From Acidobacteriota bacterium (lineage in GTDB: Bacteria; Acidobacteriota; Vicinamibacteria; Vicinamibacterales; UBA2999), in assembly GCA_963169195.1 (NCBI GenBank), contig CAUJDN010000109.1:5695-69694 (forward strand): 64,000 nt of DNA, in the 5' to 3' direction. The number at the start of each line of letters is the position of its first letter. Positions within the stretch are counted from its first letter, which is position 1. The position numbers were made by a program, and so were the translations under genes. The notes beneath the pieces were generated by a model. It was not told the origin of the DNA. It worked only from the letters and a program-made list of their open reading frames with translations, and ran no database searches. Positions 44,314 through 53,248 of the stretch are shown here, piece after piece.

Positions 44314-45855
44314 ATGCCCACGGACGACACGCAGTCCCCCGACCATCCCGCGCCTCCCGATCCCGAAGGCTCCGACCTGCCTGAGGGCGCATACGGCCCC
44401 AGGCGATGGGTTGGCTGGGTGCTCGGCCTGGCGGCGCTGCTCGTCACGCTGCTGGCGGCGCCACCCGAGGGCCTGAGCGTGCCCGGATGGCGTACGGCCG
44501 GCGCCGCGGCGATGATGGCGCTGTTCTGGATCACGGAGCCCATCCCGATTCCCGCGACGGCCCTGCTGCCCCTCGTGCTCTTCCCCGCCCTCGGGCTCGG
44601 AAACATTCAGGAGACGGCTGCCCCGTTCGCCAACCCGATCATCTTCCTGTTCCTGGGCGGCTTCCTCATCGCCATCGCGATGCAGCGGTGGAACCTGCAC
44701 CGCCGCGTGGCGATCAACCTGATCGGCCTGGTGGGTGCTCAGCCCTCCCGCATCATCGGCGGCTTCCTGCTGGCCTCGGCGGCCATCAGCATGTGGGTGA
44801 GCAACACCGCGACCGCGCTCATGATGCTGCCCATCGCGCTTTCCGTCGTGCAACTGCTGCCCGACGGCGCCGGGGCGACGCGCTCGTCGCGCGGTTTCGC
44901 GGCCGCGCTCCTCCTTTCGGTCGCCTATGGATCCACGACCGGCGGCATGGCCACCCTCATCGGGACGCCGCCCAACGCGCTGCTGGCGGCCTACGTCAGC
45001 GAGCAGTACGGCTTCGAGGTCGGGTTCGGCCGCTGGATGCTCCTGGGCGTGCCCGTGGTGGCCGTCGCCCTGCCGGCGGTGTACCTGGTGCTGACACGGA
45101 TCGCCTTTCGGCTCGAACCGGGCGAGATTCCCGGCATGCGCAATCTGATTGCGCGCGAGCGTGCGGGGCTCGGGCGCTTCAGCCGCGGCGAGACGGCCGT
45201 GGCCGTGGTCTTCGTCCTGACGGCGCTCGCCTGGATCCTCCAGCCGCTGCTGGCGCGCCAGTTCCCGCTCGTGTCCGACACGACGATCGCCATGGCCGGA
45301 GGCCTGGCGCTCTTCATGATTCCCGTGAGCCTCCGCCGGGGCGAGTTCGTGATGACCTGGGCGGCCACGCGCACGCTGCCCTGGGAGGTGCTGCTGCTCT
45401 TCGGCGGCGGCCTCAGCCTGGCCGGCAACATCGAGCGGCACGGCCTCTCCGCCTACCTCGGTGCGCTCTCGTCCGGCCTCGCGGGATTTCCCATGATCGT
45501 CATTCTCTGCATCGTCTGCTTCGGCATCCTGATGCTGACCGAGCTCACCAGCAACACGGCCACCGCCGCGACGTTCCTGCCCGTGGCCGCCGCGCTCGCC
45601 CTCAGCCTCGGCGAAGACCCGCTCATCTTCCTCATTCCGACGGCGCTCGCGGCCAACTGCTCGTACATGCTTCCCGTCGGCACGCCCCCGAACGCCATCG
45701 TCTACGGCAGCGGGCGCATCGAGCTGCCGCAGATGGCGCGCGCGGGGATCTGGCTCAACGTGGCGCTCGTGCCCGTCCTCGTGGGGCTGGTCCTGCTCAT
45801 CGCTCCGCTGATCTTCGGCGTGGAGCTCGGGGTCGTTCCGGACTGGGTGAAGTGA
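44314..45855 (+). CDS. SLC13/DASS family anion:sodium symporter
   Basis: LFWITEPIPIPATALLPLVLFP and the second repeat TELTSNTATAATFLPV...VGTPPNAIVYGSG. Confidence 0.9.
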   Translation: MPTDDTQSPDHPAPPDPEGSDLPEGAYGPRRWVGWVLGLAALLVTLLAAPPEGLSVPGWRTAGAAAMMALFWITEPIPIPATALLPLVLFPALGLGNIQETAAPFANPIIFLFLGGFLIAIAMQRWNLHRRVAINLIGLVGAQPSRIIGGFLLASAAISMWVSNTATALMMLPIALSVVQLLPDGAGATRSSRGFAAALLLSVAYGSTTGGMATLIGTPPNALLAAYVSEQYGFEVGFGRWMLLGVPVVAVALPAVYLVLTRIAFRLEPGEIPGMRNLIARERAGLGRFSRGETAVAVVFVLTALAWILQPLLARQFPLVSDTTIAMAGGLALFMIPVSLRRGEFVMTWAATRTLPWEVLLLFGGGLSLAGNIERHGLSAYLGALSSGLAGFPMIVILCIVCFGILMLTELTSNTATAATFLPVAAALALSLGEDPLIFLIPTALAANCSYMLPVGTPPNAIVYGSGRIELPQMARAGIWLNVALVPVLVGLVLLIAPLIFGVELGVVPDWVK

Positions 45856-45875
45856 CGGGCAATCCCAGCCCGTGT

Positions 45876-46403
45876 TCAGGCCCCTCGCTCGGCGACAACC
45901 GATGCCACGCATCGACCGCCCACATCGCCCTCGCGATAGCGCAGCACGTTCAGCGGCGCGACAAGCGAGCGCAGCTCACCCGGCTCGAGGAGAAAGTGTG
46001 GATGGCTCGGACGTCCGCGCGCGGCCTGGTCGACCGTAAAGGTCTCGTAGAAGAGACGCCCCCCGGCGACCAGGGCGCGGCGAAGCATCGGCATCAAGGG
46101 GCGGTGCAGGTAGTGGAAGACGAGGATGGCGTCATAGCGGGTGGTGCCGAGGTCCGGTGGGGGGTCCGTTTCGAGGTCGATGGCCTCGCACTCGAGGGCC
46201 AGGCCGAGCCCGTCAGCCGCGACGCGCAGGGCGTCCAGGGCGCCGGCATCGCGATCGAGGGCCCGCACGCCGAAGCCTTCACGCGCGAGCCAGAGCGCGT
46301 GTCGCCCCCGACCGCAGGCGACATCGAGAATGCGCCCCCCGCGCGCCGGGAGGAGATCCGCGTTGTCAATCAGCCAGGCCGACGGCTTCTGCGCCTCGGT
46401 CAT
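45876..46403 (-). CDS. class I SAM-dependent methyltransferase
   Basis: ILDVACGRGRHALWLAREGFGVRALDRD is motif I. Start at the internal ATG (MTEAQKP) of ORF 45876..46565. Confidence 0.8.
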   Translation of the reverse strand: MTEAQKPSAWLIDNADLLPARGGRILDVACGRGRHALWLAREGFGVRALDRDAGALDALRVAADGLGLALECEAIDLETDPPPDLGTTRYDAILVFHYLHRPLMPMLRRALVAGGRLFYETFTVDQAARGRPSHPHFLLEPGELRSLVAPLNVLRYREGDVGGRCVASVVAERGA

Positions 46404-46422
46404 CGGTGGCCGCCGGACCCGG

Positions 46423-48018
46423 TCACGGCGCCAGCGTCGGGACGAACGACGGTGGCTTGCGCGCCTTCGTCGCCTGCTCGAACGCGTAGCCCAGGGCGAG
46501 CAAGGCGGCCTCGGAATAGGCGCGTCCCATGAAGGTGATCCCGAGCGGGAGCCCGCGCACGTCACCCATCGGCACGGTGAGGCTTGGCGTGCCCGCGACG
46601 GCCGCCATGCCGTAGCCGGCGCCGCTGAAGTGATCCCCCAGCACGTGGTCCGTCGGCCATGCCGGCCCCGTGCTCGGGGCGATCAGCGCGTCCAGCTCGC
46701 CGGCATCGAGCGCCGCGACGAGGCCCGCGCTTCCGGCCATGCGCCGAGCGGCATCGCGCGCCTTCAGGTAGGCCTGGGCAGTCAAGGGCCCTTTGGCCTG
46801 CGCCTGCTCGAACAGCTCCTGGCCGAAGAAGGGCATGGCGGTCTCCTTGTTCGCCAGGTTCCACGCAACCAGCGCTTCGAGCGACGCGTGCGGCGCCCCG
46901 CTCTGGCGGAGGTAGGCATTCAGGCCGTCCTTGAACTCGTAGAGCAGCACCTGCATCTCCGCATCGCTCCACCGGCCGTAGCCGGGAATGGCGACGTCCA
47001 CGACGTCGCCGCCGGCGGCCTTCAGCGCCGCCACGGCACGCTCCATCGAGGCGTCCACGTCGGGGTGATACCCCATGGCCTGCCGCACGAGCCCGAGTCG
47101 CCTGCCCTTCAGCGCATCGGTCGCGAGGGCGGCTCCGTAGTCGGCAGGGATCTTCCCCTCCGCCGCGGACCCTGCCGGATCCGTGGCGTCCGCGCCTGCC
47201 AGCGCGTTCATCAACAGGGCGACGTCGCGCACCGTGCGGCCCATCGGCCCCGCCGTGTCCTGCGAGACGGAAATCGGGATGATGCCGCTCCGGCTCACCA
47301 CGCCGACGGTCGGCTTCAGTCCCACGAGCCCGCTCACCGATGCCGGGCAGATGATGCTGCCGTCCGTCTCGGTGCCGACGCCGAAGGCCGCGAGGCTCGC
47401 GGCAATCGCGGCGCCCGTGCCGGCGCTCGAGCCGCACGGGTTGCGGTCGAGCACGTACGGGTTCTTCGTCTGCCCGCCGCGCGAGCTCCAGCCCGAGGTG
47501 GACCGCGTCGAACGGAAGTTCGCCCACTCGCTGAGGTTCGTCTTTCCCAGGATGACGGCCCCGGCTTCGCGCAGGCGCGCGACGATGAACGCGTCCGACT
47601 TGGGCGTGTGATTGGCCAGGGCCAGCGATCCGGCCGAGTTGGCCATCCCCACGGCATCGATGTTGTCCTTGATCAGGACGGGCAGCCCGTGCAGCGGCCC
47701 ACGGACCTTGCCCGCCTTCCGCTCGGCATCGAGCGCGTCGGCGCTCGCAAGGGCGTCCGGGTTCAGCTCGATCACCGCGTTGATGGCTGGCCCCGCCTTG
47801 TCCACGGCGGCGATGCGATCCAGGTAGGCCTGCGTCAGCGCGCGCGCCGTGAGGGCGCCGGACGCCAGCCGATCGCGCGCATCCGCCGCGCCCAGCTCGA
47901 CCACGTCGACAGGCGGCGCCGGCGGCGCCGCCTGGTTGGGCGCCGGCGTGCACGCGAGCGCGAGCATCACCACGCCCAGCGCGCACGCGCTGCGCGCCTC
48001 CCTCCTCGCCTGGCGCAT
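46423..48018 (-). CDS. amidase (amidase-signature family), secreted or lipoprotein
   Basis: GPLHGLPVLIKDNID...GGSSAGTGAAIAASLAAFGVGTETDGSIICPAS. The start ATG overlaps the upstream TGA (TGATG). Confidence 0.9.
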   Translation of the reverse strand: MRQARREARSACALGVVMLALACTPAPNQAAPPAPPVDVVELGAADARDRLASGALTARALTQAYLDRIAAVDKAGPAINAVIELNPDALASADALDAERKAGKVRGPLHGLPVLIKDNIDAVGMANSAGSLALANHTPKSDAFIVARLREAGAVILGKTNLSEWANFRSTRSTSGWSSRGGQTKNPYVLDRNPCGSSAGTGAAIAASLAAFGVGTETDGSIICPASVSGLVGLKPTVGVVSRSGIIPISVSQDTAGPMGRTVRDVALLMNALAGADATDPAGSAAEGKIPADYGAALATDALKGRRLGLVRQAMGYHPDVDASMERAVAALKAAGGDVVDVAIPGYGRWSDAEMQVLLYEFKDGLNAYLRQSGAPHASLEALVAWNLANKETAMPFFGQELFEQAQAKGPLTAQAYLKARDAARRMAGSAGLVAALDAGELDALIAPSTGPAWPTDHVLGDHFSGAGYGMAAVAGTPSLTVPMGDVRGLPLGITFMGRAYSEAALLALGYAFEQATKARKPPSFVPTLAP

Positions 48019-49766
48019 CAGCGGCCCGCCTCGTGAACCACCCGGCCACCGACCATCGTCAGCGTGATGCGGCCCTTCAGCAGCTCGTCCGGCCGTGCCG
48101 CGCCGACCACCAGCGGATCGATGTCCATCACGGTGATGTCGGCCCAGCGCCCCGCAGCCAGGATCCCGGTGTCCGTCTCGTTGAACGACGCGAATGCCGC
48201 CCATGTCGAGTAGCCGCGCACGGCCTCTTCAGATGTCATGCGCTGCTCCGGGTACCAGCCCCCCGCCGGCTGCAGGCTCTTGTCGCGCCGCGTGATGGCC
48301 GAGTGCAGACCGTAGAAGATGTTGTGATCGGATCCGGTCAGGTCGGAATTGAAGATCAGCCGGACGCCGTTCCGCCGGAACGTCCGCCAGGCATACGCAC
48401 CCTCCACACGCTCGGCGCCCAGGCGGTCCTCCGCCCAGGCCTTGTCCTCCACCGCATGGGGGGGCTCCATCGAGGCGATCACGTCGAGCGCGCGGAACCG
48501 CGCGAAGTCGTCCGGGTGCACGACCTGGGCATGCTCGATGCGATTCCGATTGGCGCGAACCTCCGCCTTCTCGCCTCCGACCGCCTGGATGAAGTCGAGC
48601 GTCTCGCGGTTCCCGGCATCCCCGATGGCGTGGATGCCGACCTGGAATCCCGCCTTCATCATCTCGGCGACAATGGCCCGGTCGAAACCGTACCCGCCGC
48701 CGCTCACGCCACGGTGCCCCTGCTGGTCGGCGTAGTCGTCGAGCAGCCGCGCGCCGCGCGATCCCAGCGAACCGTCGTAGTACGCCTTGACCGACCGAAC
48801 CGTCAGCATCCCCTCGGGATCCACGAGCGGCCCGCGCGCCATCCACGCGCGGCACAGCGCGGGCTCGCGCGCCGAGAGCATCGCATACACCCGCACGGGC
48901 AGTTGGCCCTCCGCGCGGAGCGATTCGAGCGCCTGCATCATCCGCGCATCCGCACCGGCTTCGTGGATCCCGACGTAACCGTCCCGGGCCATCCGGCGAA
49001 GCCCGGCCAGCACCCACGCCTTGGCCTGATCCGGCGTCGGCGGTGGAATGGCCCCCTGCAGGAGCGGCGTGGCCCGGTTGAGCAGCGTGCCGGTGGGCTC
49101 CCCCCTCGCATCCTTGAGGATGATGCCGCCGGTCGGGGCCGTGGTCGCACGCGTGATCCTCGCCTTCTCGAAGGCCAGCCGGTTGCCCCACACCGCGAAT
49201 CCGTGGAGGCTGGCCAAGACCACCGGATGGTCGGGCACCTTCTCGCTGAGCAGCGCCATCGTGGGATAGCGGCTCGCCCACGCGCCTTCGTCCCACCCAC
49301 GGCCGACAATCCACTCGCCCTTCGGCACCTTCGCCGCGAAGGCCACCACACGGTCCACGGCCTCGGCTTCGGTGGCGACACCGGTCAGATCCAGGTACGT
49401 CTCCATCTGGCCCAGTTCGAAGATGTGCGCGTGGGAATCCACGAGGCCCGGGAGCGCGGTAGCGCCGGCGAGGTCGATGACGCGCGTCGCGGGTCCACGG
49501 TAGGCCTCGGCGTCCGTCGACGTGCCGACAAAGACGACGCGGCCGCCGCGAACGGCCAGCGCCTCGCCGTCGGGGCGCCATCCGTCAGGGCCATGGGGCG
49601 CGCCAGCCGCGGGAGTGCCGTCGACGTCGGGCTCGCCCCACGCAAACGTGTAGACGTGCCCGTTGGTCAACAGCGTGTCAGCGGGCTCGATCTCGGGTGC
49701 GCGGGCGCACGCGGCCAGGGAGATCGTGAGAACGAACAGGACAGCGTCGAGGCCACGATGATTCAT
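48018..49766 (-). CDS. amidohydrolase family 3 (YtcJ-like metal-dependent hydrolase), lipoprotein signal
   Basis: Lipobox LAAC, then PGLVDSHAHIF. Start taken at ATG 49766, 7 nt after a TACAAT box; ATG 49775 (ORF track) is the alternative. Confidence 0.85.
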   Translation of the reverse strand: MNHRGLDAVLFVLTISLAACARAPEIEPADTLLTNGHVYTFAWGEPDVDGTPAAGAPHGPDGWRPDGEALAVRGGRVVFVGTSTDAEAYRGPATRVIDLAGATALPGLVDSHAHIFELGQMETYLDLTGVATEAEAVDRVVAFAAKVPKGEWIVGRGWDEGAWASRYPTMALLSEKVPDHPVVLASLHGFAVWGNRLAFEKARITRATTAPTGGIILKDARGEPTGTLLNRATPLLQGAIPPPTPDQAKAWVLAGLRRMARDGYVGIHEAGADARMMQALESLRAEGQLPVRVYAMLSAREPALCRAWMARGPLVDPEGMLTVRSVKAYYDGSLGSRGARLLDDYADQQGHRGVSGGGYGFDRAIVAEMMKAGFQVGIHAIGDAGNRETLDFIQAVGGEKAEVRANRNRIEHAQVVHPDDFARFRALDVIASMEPPHAVEDKAWAEDRLGAERVEGAYAWRTFRRNGVRLIFNSDLTGSDHNIFYGLHSAITRRDKSLQPAGGWYPEQRMTSEEAVRGYSTWAAFASFNETDTGILAAGRWADITVMDIDPLVVGAARPDELLKGRITLTMVGGRVVHEAGR

Positions 49767-49773
49767 GCCGGTC

Positions 49774-49779
49774 ATTGTA
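49774..49779 (-). promoter_or_regulatory. -10-like box TACAAT, 7 nt before the ATG at 49766 (leaderless-type geometry)
   Basis: The minus strand reads TACAAT-GACCGGC-ATG. Confidence 0.35.
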
Positions 49780-49799
49780 CCCGTCGAGCGGCCATGGCG

Positions 49800-49885
49800 T
49801 GGCCCGCGCGCCGCCCAGGTGGGCCACCGCGGCGATTCCCATGCCCCCGGCGCCCACGACGATGACGTCGAAGCGGGCCGCGTGT
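49800..49885 (-). pseudogene. relic of the N-terminus of an FAD-dependent oxidoreductase (dinucleotide-binding GxGxxG segment only)
   Basis: The minus-strand frame reads ...HAARFDVIVVGAGGMGIAAVAHLGGARATPW. It has no canonical start codon, and the frame then runs out of frame into the amidohydrolase gene. Confidence 0.4.
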
Positions 49886-49916
49886 CCGACGCCCGCGACC
49901 CGACGCCCGACTCCAG

Positions 49917-50624
49917 TCAGCGACCGAGCCGCTCCATCATCAGCTGACCGAACGCCGCGCCCTTCCCCTCGTCTTCGTGCTTGAAGTACACGAACACATC
50001 ACGGCAGTGCGCATCGAGATCGCGCGCGACGTCGGCCCACCTGTGAACATCCCCGGTCTCGTACCCGTCATCGCGCAGGCGCAGGTACGCGTAGTCCGCG
50101 GTCGTCAGGAGGGGCGTGTCGCGCGTCCCGCTGTCCGCGATGCACAGCGCCACGTTGCGCGCCCGCAGACACTCGTACACGTCGTCGGCCAGCCACGACT
50201 CGTGACGGAACTCGAAGGCCGCCGTCACCCGCGGCGGCAGCAGCGTGAGAAATTCCCCGAGCAGAGGCGTGTCCTTCTTGAAGGTCGGCGGCAGCTGGAA
50301 GAGGAGCGCGCCCATGCGAGGTCCCAGCTCGCCGGCGGCCGTCACGAAGGCCTTCACGGCATCGGCCACCTCCGCCGGACGGAGCTTCTTGTCATGGGTG
50401 ATGCGGCGGGGCGCCTTCAACGTGAAGCGAAAGTGCGCCGGCACCTGCGCACACCATCCCGCCACGAGCTTCGGCGTGGGCATACGGTAGAACGTGTAGT
50501 TGATCTCGACGGTCGGGAAACGTTCGGCGTAGTACGACAGCATCCTCGCGGCAGGCAGGTCCTCGGGATAGAAGCTGCCCTTCCACTCCGGATAGTTGTA
50601 GCCGGACGTGCCGATCAGGATCAC
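49917..50624 (-). CDS. DUF72 domain-containing protein
   Basis: ILIGTSGYNYPEWKGSFYPEDL...YAERFPTVEINYTFYRMP...LFQLPPTF. GTG start. Confidence 0.9.
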   Translation of the reverse strand: MILIGTSGYNYPEWKGSFYPEDLPAARMLSYYAERFPTVEINYTFYRMPTPKLVAGWCAQVPAHFRFTLKAPRRITHDKKLRPAEVADAVKAFVTAAGELGPRMGALLFQLPPTFKKDTPLLGEFLTLLPPRVTAAFEFRHESWLADDVYECLRARNVALCIADSGTRDTPLLTTADYAYLRLRDDGYETGDVHRWADVARDLDAHCRDVFVYFKHEDEGKGAAFGQLMMERLGR

Positions 50625-50675
50625 GGCGAAGGTCTGGGGTCCCCAAGTGCTCAGAACCTGAGGACCCGAAGTTCT

Positions 50676-50999
50676 CTACCACCTCGGCTCGCGCCGGCCG
50701 CCGCCGCCGCCGCCGTAACCTCCGCGGCCGCCGCCGCCGAAGCCACCCGACTCCTTCGGGCGCGCCTCGTTGACGACCAGGGCCCGGCCTTCCATCTCGT
50801 ATTGGTGGAACTGCTCGATGGCCTTCTGGGCGTCCTCGTCGCTCACCATCTCGACGAAGGCGAAGCCCCGGGCCCGACCGGTGGCCTGGTCGCGCATCAC
50901 CCGCACGTTGTCCACGGCACCGGCGCGGCCGAACAACTCCATCAGATCTTCATCGGTGGTCTTGTAGGGGAGGTTGCCAACATACAGTCTGCGGCCCAT
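50676..50999 (-). CDS. RNA-binding protein (RRM domain with short Gly-rich tail)
   Basis: MGRRLYVGNLPYKTTDEDLMELF...RGFAFVEM...GGFGGGGRGGYGGGGGG. Only the last 107 codons of ORF 50676..51389 are real. Confidence 0.9.
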   Translation of the reverse strand: MGRRLYVGNLPYKTTDEDLMELFGRAGAVDNVRVMRDQATGRARGFAFVEMVSDEDAQKAIEQFHQYEMEGRALVVNEARPKESGGFGGGGRGGYGGGGGGRREPRW

Positions 51000-51232
51000 G
51001 GGAGCGCTCTGCCTTTTCGCGCGCGGGTCTCCGGGTGCACCAACCAGCGCGCGCGAGGTCGTGCACCAGAAAGCGCTCGCATCCGAGGGGCCTGTGCGGA
51101 CCTGACACCGACACCAACCTGTCTGAACTGCGGGGCTTTCAATCGCTGGCGGAGTATAGCAGGAGCCCGCTGTCGCGCGCGCGGGGAAAGGCTCCGGCGC
51201 GCCGCGCTCGGCCGCTGAGGCACAATCACCGC

Positions 51233-51985
51233 GTGACCCACGAACGTCGCACGCGCGCACCCCACCCGGCACCCGCCACCCGGTCCCGGCACTCTCCTCC
51301 GTTGCACCCCGCCCCCCTGCACCTTGCCCCCCTGCCCCCTGTCCTGTCCCGGAGAGAACGCGCCCTGCTCCGGCGCCTGCGCACGCCATCGGCCGTGCAG
51401 GCCTGGTTGAACGCGCTGCCCTACAACGTCGAGGCCGGCGGCGAGACCCTGCGGAGCTTCCGTGGCGTCGTGCGGGCGAACCAGGCCCATTGCCTCGAGG
51501 CCGCGCTCTTCGCCGCCGTGGTGCTCGAGCACAATGGCTACCCGCCCCTCGTGATGAGCCTGGAGTCGCAGGACAACCTGGATCACGTCATCTTCGTGTA
51601 TCGCGCAAAGGGGCATTGGGGCTCGGTGGCCCGCTCCCGCGACCCGGGGCTGCACGGGCGCAAGCCGGTGTTCCGCACCATCCGCGGGCTGGCCTACAGC
51701 TACATGGACCCGTACGTCGACGACACGGGCCGCGTGCTCGGCTACGGCGTGGCCAACCTGGCCGAAGCCATGGGCCGATACGACTGGCGCTGGTCGTTCG
51801 GGAACTGCTGGAAGGTGGAGCGGGTCCTCATCGACTGGCCCCACGTCAAGCTCCCCAGCTCGACGCCCCGCTATCGGGAGCTGAAGCGCCGCTACCGCGC
51901 CTACCGGGCGGCCAACAACGACCGGAAGCCGCTCGACTACCGGGGCCGTGAGAAGTGGACGCCGATTCCTGCGGAGTTCACGTAG
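51233..51985 (+). CDS. hypothetical protein, possible transglutaminase-like cysteine peptidase fold (start uncertain)
   Basis: QAHCLEAALFAAVVLEHNGYPPLVMSL...LDHVIFVY gives a Cys...His...Asp spacing suggestive of the fold. The N-terminal about 35 aa are encoded by C-rich repeat-like DNA (PLHPAPLHLAPLPP). Confidence 0.55.
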   Translation: MTHERRTRAPHPAPATRSRHSPPLHPAPLHLAPLPPVLSRRERALLRRLRTPSAVQAWLNALPYNVEAGGETLRSFRGVVRANQAHCLEAALFAAVVLEHNGYPPLVMSLESQDNLDHVIFVYRAKGHWGSVARSRDPGLHGRKPVFRTIRGLAYSYMDPYVDDTGRVLGYGVANLAEAMGRYDWRWSFGNCWKVERVLIDWPHVKLPSSTPRYRELKRRYRAYRAANNDRKPLDYRGREKWTPIPAEFT

Positions 51986-52020
51986 GTCTTGGGGCCTTGG
52001 GGCCTTGTGGCCTTGCGGTC
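51986..52020 (+). repeat. tandem octamer array, CTTGGGGC-type, about 4 units
   Basis: gtcttggggc cttggggc cttgtggc cttgcggt, starting at the stop of the plus-strand gene. Confidence 0.85.
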
Positions 52021-52118
52021 GCAGAACCCCGAGAACCCGAACCCCAGAACCCCAGAACCCCCGAACCGCAGAACCGCAGAACCCCCGAACCCGAGAAACC
52101 GAGAACCCGAGAACCCCG
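52021..52118 (-). repeat. GGGGTTCT-type array on the minus strand (CAGAACCC on plus), about 12 units
   Basis: gcagaacc ccgagaac ccgaaccc cagaaccc cagaaccc ccgaaccg cagaaccg cagaaccc ccgaaccc gagaaacc gagaaccc gagaaccc. It ends 2 nt before the stop of the minus-strand gene 52121..52423. Confidence 0.9.
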
Positions 52119-52120
52119 TC

Positions 52121-52423
52121 CTAGTCCAGGTCGAAGCCGCGGAGGGGCTTGGTGACCGGTTCGCTCCTGGCCCGCTCGAGCGCCTCCTCGAAGCGCTTCG
52201 CCAGGGCGTCACCCTTGTGCTTCTCGGCCTGGACCGACTGGGCGAAGAGCGCCTCGCGCCTGGCGGCCTGCTCGGCGAGGATGCGATCGGCCTCCGACAG
52301 CTCCGGTTTGTGGGCGCCGGGTGGGTCGGCGTGGGAGATGATTCTCCCCAGGTTCAGGTCCACCACCAGGGTGGCCCCGCAACAGGGGCACCTGAGTTCG
52401 CGCTCGCTGGTGAGCTTTGGCAT
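52121..52423 (-). CDS. hypothetical protein with N-terminal CPCCG motif and helical C-terminus
   Basis: MPKLTSERELRCPCCGATLVVDLNLGRIISH... High GC3. Confidence 0.6.
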   Translation of the reverse strand: MPKLTSERELRCPCCGATLVVDLNLGRIISHADPPGAHKPELSEADRILAEQAARREALFAQSVQAEKHKGDALAKRFEEALERARSEPVTKPLRGFDLD

Positions 52424-52467
52424 TTGCCGTTCCCTCCGCCTTCCTTCAGACTAGTGAGAACGGAGTG

Positions 52468-53205
52468 ATGGCGCAAGACGAGTTCCGGAAGACCCATACC
52501 ATCCGCGTCGCCACCTACAACATCCACCGGGCGCGTGGCCTCGACGGGCGCACCCGGCTGGAACGAATCGCCGCCGTCCTGGCCACCGTGGACGCCGACA
52601 TCGTCGCGCTGCAGGAAGTGGTGGGGGCCTCGCCCTTGAAGGCCGGGCAGGCGGCCGAACTGGGGGCGGCCCTCGGCATGGGCTGGGTCATGGCGCCGAC
52701 CCGGCACTGGCGGACGGCGCTCTTCGGCAACGTCGTCCTCAGCCGCTTCCCGGTGAAACACCATGTGCAGCACGACCTGACCTGGAAGACGTGCGAGCCC
52801 CGGAACGTGCAGCGCGTGGACTTCGAGGTGGATTCGCACGTCCTGCACTTCTACAACGTGCATCTGGGCACCGCGCTCCTGGAGCGCCGACACCAGGCGG
52901 CGCGACTGGCCTCGCTGGTGCACGACCGCCGCGTGACGGGACCCAAGATTGTGCTGGGCGACTTCAACGAGTGGGCCCGCGGGCTGGCCACCGACATCCT
53001 GGCCGAGCGGCTGCAGAGCGTGGACCTGCGGCAGCACCTCAAGCGCGGGCGCACCTATCCCGGGTTCTTCCCCATCCTGCACCTCGACCACATCTACTAC
53101 GAAGGGAGGGTGGAAGTCGTCAACGTGTCGTCCCCACGGGATCGCCTGGCGCTGGTCGCCTCGGACCATGTGCCGCTCGTCGCCGACCTGAAGATCGGCT
53201 TCTGA
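52468..53205 (+). CDS. endonuclease/exonuclease/phosphatase (EEP) family protein
   Basis: IRVATYNIHRARG...DIVALQEV...VLGDFNEW...SDHVPLVADL. Confidence 0.9.
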   Translation: MAQDEFRKTHTIRVATYNIHRARGLDGRTRLERIAAVLATVDADIVALQEVVGASPLKAGQAAELGAALGMGWVMAPTRHWRTALFGNVVLSRFPVKHHVQHDLTWKTCEPRNVQRVDFEVDSHVLHFYNVHLGTALLERRHQAARLASLVHDRRVTGPKIVLGDFNEWARGLATDILAERLQSVDLRQHLKRGRTYPGFFPILHLDHIYYEGRVEVVNVSSPRDRLALVASDHVPLVADLKIGF

Positions 53206-53210
53206 CCTCG

Positions 53211-53247
53211 AGCCCCCAAGTCCCAAGCCCCAAACCCCAAGCCCCCC
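53211..53247 (-). repeat. CTTGGGG-type array on the minus strand (CCCCAAG on plus), about 5 units
   Basis: agcccccaag tcccaag ccccaaa ccccaag cccccc, lying between convergent stops 53205 and 53249. Confidence 0.8.
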
Positions 53248-53248
53248 G

